A program made the translations under genes and the position numbers. Below, in pieces: positions 1-12,500 of a stretch of 64,000 bases of DNA. A model generated the notes under the pieces. The model worked only from the letters and a program-made list of their open reading frames with translations. It was not told the origin of the DNA and did no database searches. This DNA is from Thalia democratica (taxonomy: Eukaryota): positions 23,436,001 through 23,500,000 of the forward strand of contig OZ241828.1 of assembly GCA_965202585.1 (NCBI GenBank), read 5' to 3'. The stretch's first letter is position 1. The number at the start of each line of letters is the position of its first letter.

Positions 1-929
1 AATTTGGTTTCGAAACAGCACTGATTAAAAAAGGACTAATTAGATTTAAAAAAACAACAAGCAACCTTAATTAAACCATACTTTATATTTTCAATGAAAT
101 ACTACTAAAAGAAATAAACTATAAGGATACAGAAAATCTTGTTATTTGTTGTTTGTTTTTCAAAAACACTACTAAAACAAACATTCTTTAACAAATATTT
201 GTTTCTGTTTCGCTTTTTTAGCAAACAAATGAACATAAATTTCTTTTTGAAGTAGAACTGAAAGTTTTCTTTTAAATGAACTTAGTGACGCAACATGTTT
301 ATAAAATGAAAAGGTGACAACTTTTTTATTAAAACAATGTTTAGATATAGCTATTGTAAATTCTTTCTTTCGGCTTGTAGTTAATTTAAGAATCACTGTA
401 GTGTGATTGTAAAAAAGTATTTTTAAATCTTTATAACTTTAAAATTCATTTTTATTTCACTACTTACTACCATTAAAATTGCATAACAAATATTTATTGG
501 GTTTTATTATTTAGAAGCAAAGCATTAAGGTCAAGCTGTAAAAGTAATAGTTCTAATTAACATTAAACTGCAGTAAACTTGTGTCGTCGGAAATAACCAA
601 ACTATTAAGCAGAATTAATTATGTTAACATTTATTAATATTAAGCGTCTGATATTTTTAAATTTGTAAACATTTAAATTGTAGGTCTTAAATCAAAACAC
701 TACATAAAATAGCAGAAAAACTAGAAAAAATTAAGAAAAGTTTAAGGTGGTTATTAAAGGAAGTTAAAAGCAGTTCATTTTTTTATTACAAAAATAAGCT
801 AAATTTTTTAGTTGTCAATAAAAAACGTATTTATGGAAATACGTATTACACTAAAACTTTTATTTTCAGCAAATAACTTGGTTGTATATTTTATAAATAA
901 ATGTTTTAGTACATACTAACTGTTTAGTT

Positions 930-1180
930 CAGAGTTTCCTAAACTTTTTTTTACAAATTGCTCCTTTTGAAAAAATTAAAAAAGCTATTGCCCCCTTTAA
1001 CAAGAAGACTACAATTTTAAACACCTTAGACCTTTTTTTATAGCTCTTCATCTGCAACTCAAGAATATCTAGTGTAAATTTTAAAATCGCACCCCCCCTT
1101 TTGCCCCTTTACTAGTTATTGCCCCCCCAACTTACTAAAATCGCCCAGGGGGGCGATACCGCCCACTTTGGGAAACCCTG
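930..1180. mobile_element. Non-autonomous hAT-like MITE (family B, CAGGGTTTCCC termini)
   Basis: Termini CAGAGTTTCCTAAAC ... CTTTGGGAAACCCTG; flanks GTTTAGTT / GTTTAGTA (7/8 target-site duplication); internal sequence shared with 17534-17956. Confidence 0.8.
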
Positions 1181-4088
1181 GTTTAGTAGTTACATTTAAA
1201 TAAGTTTTTTTTAATATATTTGAAAAGTTCAAACTAGTTACGAAATTTATTACGCTCCCAATGACAGCTGCATACTGTATAATATAATGTTTTTGATTAA
1301 GAAAAATATTAAAATAGTATAGAATACTACAATTTTAATTTAAAATAAAATTTATTTGATTGTTTTTAAGTTTAAACCAGCCTTTTTACCAAAATAAAAG
1401 ATTTTTCATATGTTGTTTGAATAGTGACGTAGTATAATTTTCAAATATATAACATATGCTAAACCATATTCATAGCATTTAATTATTTAACACTGATCAT
1501 GATAATAGTAGCTTATAATATTTGTGTATTGCAAAAAAAAGGGTGTTTCAAGTGTATAAAAGCATTTAAAAATTCAAATGTTAGGACAATAGTGTCCGTA
1601 TTAGTTGGACAGCAACATCATTTAGTTTTAATAATAACATGAAAACAAAAAATATGTAGAGTCTGTAAAAAAACATTCTGCCACATGTTAAAAACTTGTA
1701 TAAAATTAGTTTAAGAATAAACAACTTAATTTGTTATTTTAATAAATTAATTTACTATAAAACATGAATACATCATTAAACTTTACCAGGTCTATACTTA
1801 ACTTTACACATGTTAAAAATAAAGTTACTTCTAATAACGGTTTTCTTATAAACATTATTTTTAAATATTTAAACTTTTTTTCATTAATTGTTTACTTTTT
1901 TCATACTAACAACATACTCATTGAAACAGTAAGTTGAAGAAAATATCAAAATTAAATGTTTAAGAAGCAAGTTATCAAATATATTTATAAAAGCAAATTT
2001 ATAATTTTAGTTTTACTGTATTTTGACTTTTTGTTATACAACAATTTATTAAAGATAAAAGTTGCATGACAAAACAAAAAAAAAACGAGCCAAAGTTAAG
2101 TAACAATTTTTTTAGTTGTAAAGACACTAACAATATTTTTTTAAATAAAAGAGTCATGCATATATATACATTTATAATAAGTATTTGAACGCTTGTAGAA
2201 ATTTTCAAGTTTTCATAGTCTTTGTAGTAATCGCATATATAAAATGTTTTTAAGGTTTCAAAATTTTATGCACATTTGCAATTGAACAAGAATTAAAAAA
2301 GAAACTCAGTAAGTATGCCTGATTTATTACGAAAGGATAATATGTTTAAGTTAATTTAAAGCACAAGCAACTAAATTTAAAACTGTTTGCTTTTGTTGTC
2401 AACAAGGTTATAAATATCTTAAATTTTATTGCATTAAATAATTTCAAATAAAAAGCTTGTATACACTGAATACTAATTTATGTAAGCTATTAAATCTTCC
2501 AGACTGGATAGAATTAAAAAAAGTATTACTCCAAAAATATAAAACTAATAAACTACAAAAACATGTTCAAAATGGGTTTTTGTATATCTTCTTGATTTCA
2601 ACTATCAAAAAAAGTTTTTTCTTGAACTAACTTATAAACAGATTTCTTTTTGGCAGTGAATTGTATGACTGGTCAGAAAATTTGCTAATTTTTTGATATT
2701 TAATAACGATTTTTAAATAAAAATCAGCTTTTTTAAACAACTTTTTGTTTCTGACTAGATGGAATTAAAAGCTAATGATAATTTCTTTGCAAATATTTTT
2801 GACTCTCGAGTTGGAAATTACAACTTATATATCTAAATACCATACTGAAAGTGCTTCAACTTTTCGTTTTTTAATTTACCTTAATTTATTAAAGATTTCA
2901 ACAACGATCTTTTGTTAAATAACCTATCAAGGACAAACATTGCAAAAATTTTCTGAATAAATTTCATGTAGACCTTTATTATAATGATTAAAAAAAATAT
3001 ATAATAACCTTTCAATTATAGTAATTCTTTTTAAAACTTATACAACTAAGTTAATGATCAATTTTATTCTGCTGAAGTTTTGCTTTTTTTTTGGAAAATT
3101 TATATAAAATTTTGAGCTCAATTCTGTTTTAATTTATAAATAAATTCTTTAAAACAAGTTTAAAAAATATTTTTTGGCAAGTGAACTAACGAATTGTCTT
3201 AGTTTTGAATAATTTGTTGTTTCTTGAAAAAAAACTTTACTCTTACAAAAAAAACATATATTACTACAACTAATTAGCAAAAAAATAAAACAGGTTTTTT
3301 GACTAAAAATTAACATGATGCTGTTATTTATTTCAAAATAATATTTTATAAGTTTCAGAAAATTAAAACTCTTCATTGTCTAATAATTTTAAACAATTGA
3401 ATAAATTTGTTTCTTTTATTTATTGTCTACCAAGACTAGTCTAGTTATTGTAAACCAATAATATTTTATTTTTTAGTGGGCATAATAACAAAAAAAAGCG
3501 ATTGTTTTTGGAAATTTCGAATTCAAGATAACAAGTGGTTTACCATAAACAAAAAAAAACACAACACTTCGAAATAAAAAGTTCAAATAACTTATCAAGT
3601 ATTGTAATGGTCTAGCAACTAAATACTCACGTATAACTATTCATGCATTAAACAAAAATTAAAATATCTTTGTTTGAAAATCTATTACATCTATTACAAA
3701 TTATTTTGGAACACAGTAATATAATAAGTTTTGTAACTTAAAATGTAAATTGACAATCTTTTTAAATTTTCAAAAATAACAATAGTACAACAAACATATT
3801 AAGAATGTAAGAATAATTCTTAAAAAAACATTAAAGCAAAACAGAAAGCTTAAGATTACTATTAAACTGAGATTACACATTTAGATTACACAGTTTGAGA
3901 GTTTTTAAGTTTTTTCAAAAGATATCAAGTATTATAAAAGCTTTAAAATAAACTTATATTACATGTTACTACAGTGAAAATAATTAAAAATTATTTATAT
4001 ACTTCTTAACTTTAGACTTTAAAATAAATTTTCAACTAATTAAAATATGTTTTGAGAAAAAAGTGCGTTCTAAAAGATAAATTTAATT

Positions 4089-7000
4089 TTACTCATTATT
4101 TTTCTGATCTTTTATTTCCTGAAGTTTTGTTAATTTTGAATCCCACTGAACGAACTGCACTGATAGTGCGTTTATCTAAAAAAAAAATTATATTTACAAA
4201 CTACATTGAAATTTATCTGAATTTTTTTTTTAGTTCTTTATACTCATTTACTTTAATTTATTGAAATCAGATAGTGTATAAAGCTTATCAAGTTAAACTT
4301 TAATAAAATCAACAAGCATTTAGAAAAACTACATTAAGCATTCCATTAATATTATCAACAGCTTGGCTTAATAAAAGCTCTAATTAATTTAAGTTGCAAC
4401 ATAGATTGTTCTATTCTTTATTGTAAATATGTGGCATTTTGTAAATTAAAACTTCCAATTTCTATTAAAAAACAAAGCACAAAAATTATGAGATATGTTA
4501 CTATCAATTGGAATATTGCCACTAAGCATACTAAAACTTAAACTCAAACTATTGGTATCATGTTACAATCATCATGAAAAATATTAAAGTTTATACAACA
4601 AGCAGTTTGTAAGTCTGCACAAAAACTTTAAATTTTAACCTATATTTTAGATGTTCTTAAAAATAAATTGACCAAAAAAAATGTACATATCTAAGTCATA
4701 TAACAACATTTTGAAATTTTTCGTTTTCTTTATTGTTTCAAAATTTATAATTGATGAATAGTTTGAAATAGTTGTGTTTAGATCAGAATAACTAATGCAT
4801 TAATTAATCAAAAATATATTAACTAATTACTAGGTATATTGTTTAATAAATCATTTACAATCACGTTAAATTTAACTAATGTTCTTTATAAACTTACAAT
4901 ATCGTTGTATGTCGTCATCAAATGCAAAACTTCATCTGAGACATTGTCCAATTTTTCCTGTGAAATAATTTATATTACAAAATTGTTCAAAAAAAAAAAA
5001 GAAGTTTAAATATTACCACACAAATAAACTTTATATCATTTTAACTATAGTTCTAACTAGGTAAAAAACCTATGAAATTAAGTTATTTTAAGTAAAAAAA
5101 ACTGTACAATTGTTTTTATTTTGAGTTATTTGTATACACATGTTACTAAATTTAAATTATTGAGACAAAAAAATGACAACGTTCTGTTCTTATTTTTTAA
5201 ATTCGGTTTTTTTCATGGTTGTTTACTTCTATACCTTAGGCACTGATAACAAAGAGAGAAAAACAATTGTAAGCATAAGATAGATAAAGATTACTTTAAT
5301 ATCGTTTTTACTTTCTAAGAGTTTGTTGACCAGTAACATTGTAATAAGCTATTTTACTGTTCAATATCAAATTTGTGCAAATATTTGACAACAAATATGG
5401 TGCAGCAAACTGTACGCATCATTGAGTCACGTTGCTATGGTTATGTTCATCCAACCGTTACAATGTTGGATAATCATTCAAGCATAACTGTGATACGTGG
5501 AACAATTTTGATTGGACGAAAATTGCTTGCTTGACTAGGAGCAAACTTTCTTGCTATTGTGAAATTCTTTGTTGTGTAAAAATTAAAACAACAATATATA
5601 TTATTGAAATGGTTTTGAAAATATTATTTGATTTTTAAATATTCTATTATTAGAAACATTTTTAAAGCTGCACAAAAACATTATTTAACAAAGTTTTATA
5701 TTAATAAACGTTATTTTAATTCTCTTAAAATGAACCTAGTTCGATAAAACAAAACAAAATAGGATCAATTTTTAAAAAACCAAGGTGGACCCATGTGGCC
5801 TTAATCATTTACTTTTATAAATATAGAGATAACAATTTTTAATAAAATCTACCCATCAAAGTTTTAGTAACAGTTAATGAGTACAGTAATTGTAACTTAG
5901 TTTATAGTGTGGTATCTATTAGTAAACGTGATAGTTGAAATATACTTGATTAAAATTCCGATATCAGTCATAACATATTAGTAATATTGAAAAGTCGCTG
6001 GTATAAGTTACCTGTTTAATTTTTATTTCCATATCAAACATACTAAAAAGTTAGTTCTTTTATTTTCTATTAGTAAGGTTAAGTTTAAAGTTTTTTAATT
6101 AACTAAATATGCTAAACTTAACTAAAATTTTATGTCAGAGTTTCTAAGTGGGCAAAATTTTCACATCGGTTAAAATTTAACTACTGAATAAAGGGGTAAA
6201 AGTGAAGGGCAAAAAGTTAAACGGGTAACTATGATATGAAACTGTTATAATATAAGCCTTTCTTATTGTGCTATTTTTGAAATAGCTTACAAGTAAAGGT
6301 TTTTACAAAATTTCAAATTAACCTCCAGATAAGTTTAGTTTGGACCCACTAACTACATGAGATTAAAAATTACAAAAAAAAACAATATAAAATGTCATAA
6401 ATAATAATCAAATTCAAGCTTCTTATTAATCTAAAATTGAGAGTCTTCATAGAGTCTTCATAGAGTACCATCATATACAACTTAAAACAAACATGAACAA
6501 AAAGCTCAAAATTAAAACGCAATGGCCTTTATACATCAATATTCTATCATTGTTCTCAAATATTTAAAATTAACAAGTACAAAAAAGCAAACTTTACTTA
6601 ATTAAGTAATCTTACCATCGTATAATTTATTCACATATAAAACTTTTATAAATCACAAACAAAGAGTTTAGGTCTCATCATAATCTGAACAAACAACTAT
6701 TAGAACAATTAAGGTTTTCGAAAGTTAAAATAGTAATAAATACTACATGCATTTTGATCAGTTTGAAACAAATTAACTAAAAGTATAAACAAGTTTATAG
6801 GCCTCATAATTAAAAAATATATAAATATACCAATCATACCTTCTGATCAATCTGAACTTTTTCCAATTGAGCCAGTTTACCATCATGTTTGTGCAATTTG
6901 GACATTTCGCCCTCTTTGCTAAAACACTGTTTCTGAAGCTCGTCAATAACCTCCATTTTGTGACACGCATCACTGATTTCCTTCTCACGTGACAACAAGT

Positions 7001-8232
7001 ATTCTGTTCGGTATTGAAGCTCATTGTGATCCGATGTTTCGGGCTGGTAATCAGCATTTGTCAGGTGGGCTATTTGGGGCGCTGTGAGGAAAAATATGGT
7101 ATAACAAATAACAATGAATATAAATACCAAAAATAATATAACACACAAAAATATGTTATAAATTAAGTTTCGGGTTGGTAGAGTTGGCATTTGTTAGGTG
7201 GGCTATTTGGGGAGGTGTTATAAAATAAAAAGTTTTAATAAGAATATATATACTTGGAACCAATGGAAAATAGTGAATAATGAAAAGTCTCGAAACTATC
7301 CAAAGCAGGGTTTCCCAAAGTGGGCCAGGTGGCCACTTGGGGACCATTACAGAAATTTAGGGGGACAAAGGAGGGAGGCCATGAGCATATACAAATTGAG
7401 AAAACTATTGAAGTTTTTTTTAACTTTTTTAAACATCACTTGCAACTACTTTATCTCAAAAAATACCACTGCAAAGGATGACAATATCTCTGCAAAATAT
7501 TATTTATTTATATTTGAAGAATACCTTTTTTTCTTAAAATTTTAAAACCAAACTCAAATTTCTTAACACAATTTTTCCACATTAAGGCAATACAATATTA
7601 AAAATTAAGTACTAAAAAAACACTTTGAAAAATTGCATGTAATTATTATATTAGTTTTTTATGCTAAAACCTTAAAAACTAAAATGATAACAAAAGTTAC
7701 CTTTATCGAAAGCCTGTCGGAATCTATCTCTTTTTGAAGCGATGTTTTTCAACCCTTTTTCCACGTTTTCTATGGTTTGCAAGAGCTGTGAAATGAGGTT
7801 CAAATAAGTTTCATTTGTTAGAAACTACTGTTATATATTAGTAAATAAAAATAATAAATTAAAACAAGTAAGCATTACATAATACCGCATGTACAAGATT
7901 GTTGATAATAAATTTAAACTTAATAAATAACTTTAAAGTTTTTTTGTTTAGATGTTATTTGGAAATGTTTAAAAATAAACAATTAATATTTTATAAACTT
8001 AAAGTACAGGTTTCGTTGTTTTAATAACTTAACACATAATATTTTAAAAAATAAAACTTTCAACATAAATAAGAGTTATCGTTCATTAAAGTTAAAAAAA
8101 CAATAATTTAAGTTCGCAACTATTTATATCACCAACATGATCTTTTGGTTTGTCATCACCAGAACCCAATTTCAACTCCAATTGTTCGATTCTATTGGAC
8201 AGACTTCTACACACTTCATCAGTGAGCGCCAT
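4089..8232 (-). CDS. DCTN3: Dynactin subunit 3 (p22/p24), 5 exons, 189 aa
   Basis: Exons 8232-8137, 7785-7701, 7081-6840, 4957-4898, 4175-4089, all GT-AG with consistent phases (570 nt). Protein MALTDEVCRSLSNRIEQLELKLG...NIASKRDRFRQAFDK...YRTEYLLSREKEI...LMTTYNDIINALSVQFVQWDSKLTKLQ matches DCTN3 hallmarks (NISSKRERV and SKQFVQWD in the human protein) and length. Confidence 0.88.
7306..7385 (+). mobile_element. Terminal fragment of hAT-like MITE family B in DCTN3 intron 2
   Basis: CAGGGTTTCCCAAAGTGGGCCAGGTGGCCAC... is the reverse complement of the right end of the 17534-17956 element. Confidence 0.7.
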
Positions 8233-9596
8233 TTGAAACGTTTTAAATAAAATATTAAAACTATTGGTTAAATACAGTGTGAGTTACTTGGTATTATAAT
8301 ATTTAAGTAAAAACTGCAAGTTTTAAGGCTATGTGGACTGCATATTAACTTGAATTTCAAAACACACAAAATTTAATGTACAACTTTGGTAAATATAAGA
8401 TAAAGGTTTGTGTATTAGCAATGTAAAAAAGACATATTAAAGTAATTCTACACAGAGTTCTATTAGAAAAAATAACTGAGAAAGTTAATTCTTTAATTAG
8501 AAGCTATACAAAAAAAGATGTTTCATCATATGGAAACACATTTACACAAAACGATTTTTGATAAAAAGAAAAATTGTTAAGTTATAAAACCACACAGATA
8601 GATAGAACCATAATAAATGTTATATTATTTTCAAAACATCAACATTACAAATGCTGATATATTACAAATTATGATTAAAAATTACCACTGTAGTATTTAA
8701 ACATGATTTTTGATATTTATAAAAGGCAAATCAAAAGTTCATTGAAAAAAGTTCATTATATAAAATTCAAACTTGAAAGGACACTTTGTGAAAAGATTAC
8801 TCTGATAAAAAATAATATCAAAAAAAAATTAAAAAGTGTGTTAAAAATAACACATATATAGTTTGGCATAAATTGTTTAGTACATTAGTAAATATTACAC
8901 TAGAAACTTTATATACTTATTCTATAAAAAATAATAAGACTAAATGAATAAACTATAAAACAATTATAAACAAGGCAAAATAAAACTAGCAGTTAAACAT
9001 TAAAACTATCATGTTCAAAGTATGCTAAATATTAATACATAATGATCTTCTCATAATTAAAACGTGCAAATAAAATTTAGACGGATTACAGCTTATTAAT
9101 TAAAACTAAAATATGTGAAAGATTTTTAAACAACTAAGTTTGTTTTACACTGCTACATATAAACTGGTTCTTTCAAAAAAATTAAGTGATTTTTCAAAAG
9201 CTGTACAGAAAAAAGTAAAAAATAAACTTAACGTAGGGGTTTTGTTCGATAAAGCTTACATAATTAGATTCAAACAAAATATAAAGTTTGTTAATGAACA
9301 TTTATGCTTCAAATGATTTATGAAAGTTCAATAAAGTTGTAAACAGCTTTGTATTTTACAAATAAACTAACATAACACTCAAAATGTTTGAAAATCCATA
9401 ACTTAGTTAAAAATAAATTTCAAAGTAAATAATGTACTGCAAATGTCCCAGACTTTACACGCAAAAATGTTCCATATTTACATTTCCCATTCATGAATAG
9501 GAGATACTGGCTTCAATCAAATATCTGATGAACAAAATCGAAATGTCTTATATACAGTATATATACAGGATGGACAAAAATCTTCAAACTTTCTCT

Positions 9597-12500
9597 CTAG
9601 AAAATCCTGTTATCAGCATACCTATCCAACTTGCACTTTCTTCTGAATTCCTGACCTCTTTCGTGAATCCATTTGTTTCCCACCCACTTGATACCTTTAT
9701 AAAAATATTATATTTAGTATAGCAAAGGATTGTTGAATATAACTTTTAAACCAGTTATTATAGTTGTATTCATAAAATTTTAACACACTAACAATCACTT
9801 AAAACCTGTCAGTATTAAAATTTTGTACTTGTGTTAAAACATCATATATTACTGTTACATCAATATGATATTGTTACATTATAAATCACTTTATATATAT
9901 GCCAGTAAAACTATACTAATATGTTATTATATTGCATAATACTAAATCTGTTAATACAATTATTTTAATATTTTATTTTAGTTTTAAATTGATAAACTTG
10001 TAAAAAGAAAAATATCAAACTAATATTATATTATTTATCAAATACCTGTCAATACTGGGCAAGCAGCATGTCTTGTTCTCATATCTCCTTTGCCATTAGG
10101 ATACAAATTGTACCAAAATACTGCTGAACCTGTTTAAATTAAAATTTGTTTAGATTATATTTATTTTTATCAATTTGCGTTATTGTTCTTCATTTATAAT
10201 ACTAATCTTGTAATATTTCTCTGATTTGCACTAAATTTATTTTTTTTTATTTGAAGCAATCTAATAATCTAATTTAACTATTTAAGTTAAAACTTCATAC
10301 CAATTTTTTACCAAGTGTTACAAAATATATCAACTCTGTATTATTTTCATTTGTTCAAAATTTAATCTTAAATGCAATTATTTTTCTCCACTTCTTGTTT
10401 ATCAAATTTTTTTTAAATATATTTTCTTATCTCAAATGTAACTAATAATTTTCACCTTTCACGGGCCTTGCAGCGATTTGAGGTGTAAGAAACACAGTTG
10501 AACCTCCGTATTTAATATCAGTGAAATAAAATAAAAATGTTGCGATCCTGTTTCCTATTTCTTCATCGAACTGGCCTGCATCCGTTTCTCTGTATAAAAT
10601 ATTCAATTTAAATGTTTTTTTTCCTAAAAAAAATACACTAGATATTTTCTCATTGTTGCCATACTTGGTAAGTTAATTATTCCATGAAATACTAATACAT
10701 TGAGTACTTTACGAATTATTTATATCGCATCTAACCAAAAAAAACTTGTATAAGCCTTACGCTTACCTTTACTTGGTCGACTTTAATAATTAAAATTAAA
10801 AAATAATAATTAATTAACCTTGCATGTAATAGTGAGGTTTGTAACATCCAATTATTGAAAATATCAAGATACTTAAAAAATTGAATTTAATTGAAATATT
10901 ATCAAAATTATATATTAAAGCTTTTATTTCCCATAATACACTGTGATTCATACTATCCACCAAATCCATAGTTAATAAAATTACAAGTTATAAAAAAGTG
11001 AAAACAATAAATTAATTTTTATCTTGTCATAAACAACTAATGTCTGAATTAAAACACAAACATATATGTGTCAGCCATATAATGAGGCTCACACTGTCCA
11101 CAAATACCATAAATACTACAAATATAAAGAAAAAAAAACTAAATTAAAATATCTAAAAAAGAATTGCAATATCTACCTTGCCATATCGTAATGTGGTTCA
11201 TACTGTCCACCAATACCGTAGTTAGCAATCTGAAGATCTTCTGCTGTCTCCATAGTAAGTCCTGTTTAATAAATTTAATTTCTAAAAACATTTAAAATCA
11301 TTTTAACTTATTTCAACTTTTCATTTAAAAGTGTTATTTAATATTAAACTTGCGGATAATAATACGAATAATGGTATATTTTATTCTCAGACACACTCTC
11401 ACAAAAATAATATATCAAGATACAATCCTATCATGTTGGAAGTTAAATCATATTTATCATAATAATATTTTATCATATTCAAACCTGTTATGTCTTCAAT
11501 ACGTTGGCACACTCTCTTTACAACTTTGTCATCGTGATCTTTTAACCATGCTGACTTGCTAACACGATAATCAGCACTCTCAAGTACTCCTGTTTGTTTA
11601 TTTATCAGTTAGTTACAACTGTGTCTTATCAAATACAATTTACTTATCCGCAGTCTGCAAAAAACTCTAGAACTCATGTGGTGGTTGTAATATTAAAAGT
11701 TTCATTATATGCACAAAACAACTAGTCTACTTATAATAAAAAGATGCACACTTTTACCAAGTTATAAACTCAAATTTTATGGTTTATATGTCTTTTTGGA
11801 AAACCAGCTTTTTAAAATTTTAAACTTGATTTTGAAGAATTCGAAAATAAACCCATCTTACAAAAATACAAGGAAAAATTGTTAAAAAAAGATTTGTTTT
11901 TAATATTTACAAACAAACCTGTCAACGGGTTCTGAACGGTCGCTCTGTACAGTTTTGGTTTAGCAAGTCTCTGGATTACTTTTATTTCACTGTCGCTTAT
12001 GACGTCATAAAACCTGACGATGTGAGGAGAAGGGTACATCTCCTCCATCTTAATTGGAGAAATTATTAATCTGTTTATAAAAATTTAATCTCAGTTATAA
12101 AAAAACACTAAGATATTATTTTCTATGTACATTAAATAAAAATAATATCAAACCTTTTATAATTACACAAATTTAATCAATGGCGTCTAAACTATTATAA
12201 ATAAATTTAAGTTTTTCCTACTTTGATGGGAGAAAGTATTAATCAGTTTATAACAATTTAGATGCCAACAATATTTTATTAAATTGAAACAAGTAGAAAG
12301 AGGATAAAGTTAGTCTAGGTGTTATAATACAATATTTGGTTAATAATGAACTTGGGTTTATAGTTGATATGAAAAAGATTTTTTAAGTAGATTAAAACAT
12401 AAATTTATTTACAAATGTTAAGAGACAAAATAATAACATTCTATTCACGTGAAAGTAGTTTTATGTTGGCTTATTGCCAATCCTCCAGTAGAAGCACTTC

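Noticed and set aside
172-4264. Short ORFs at 172, 1999, 3149 and 4052, and exon-like bits near 2235-2308 and 2640-2950
   Set aside because: They are low-complexity K/F/L/I-rich translations typical of AT-rich DNA. No consistent splice phase or recognisable motif was found, and the 4052 ORF is antisense to DCTN3 exon 5.
7198-7545. 115-aa plus-strand ORF
   Set aside because: It runs through a MITE fragment and an exon echo in DCTN3 intron 2, with no coding hallmarks.
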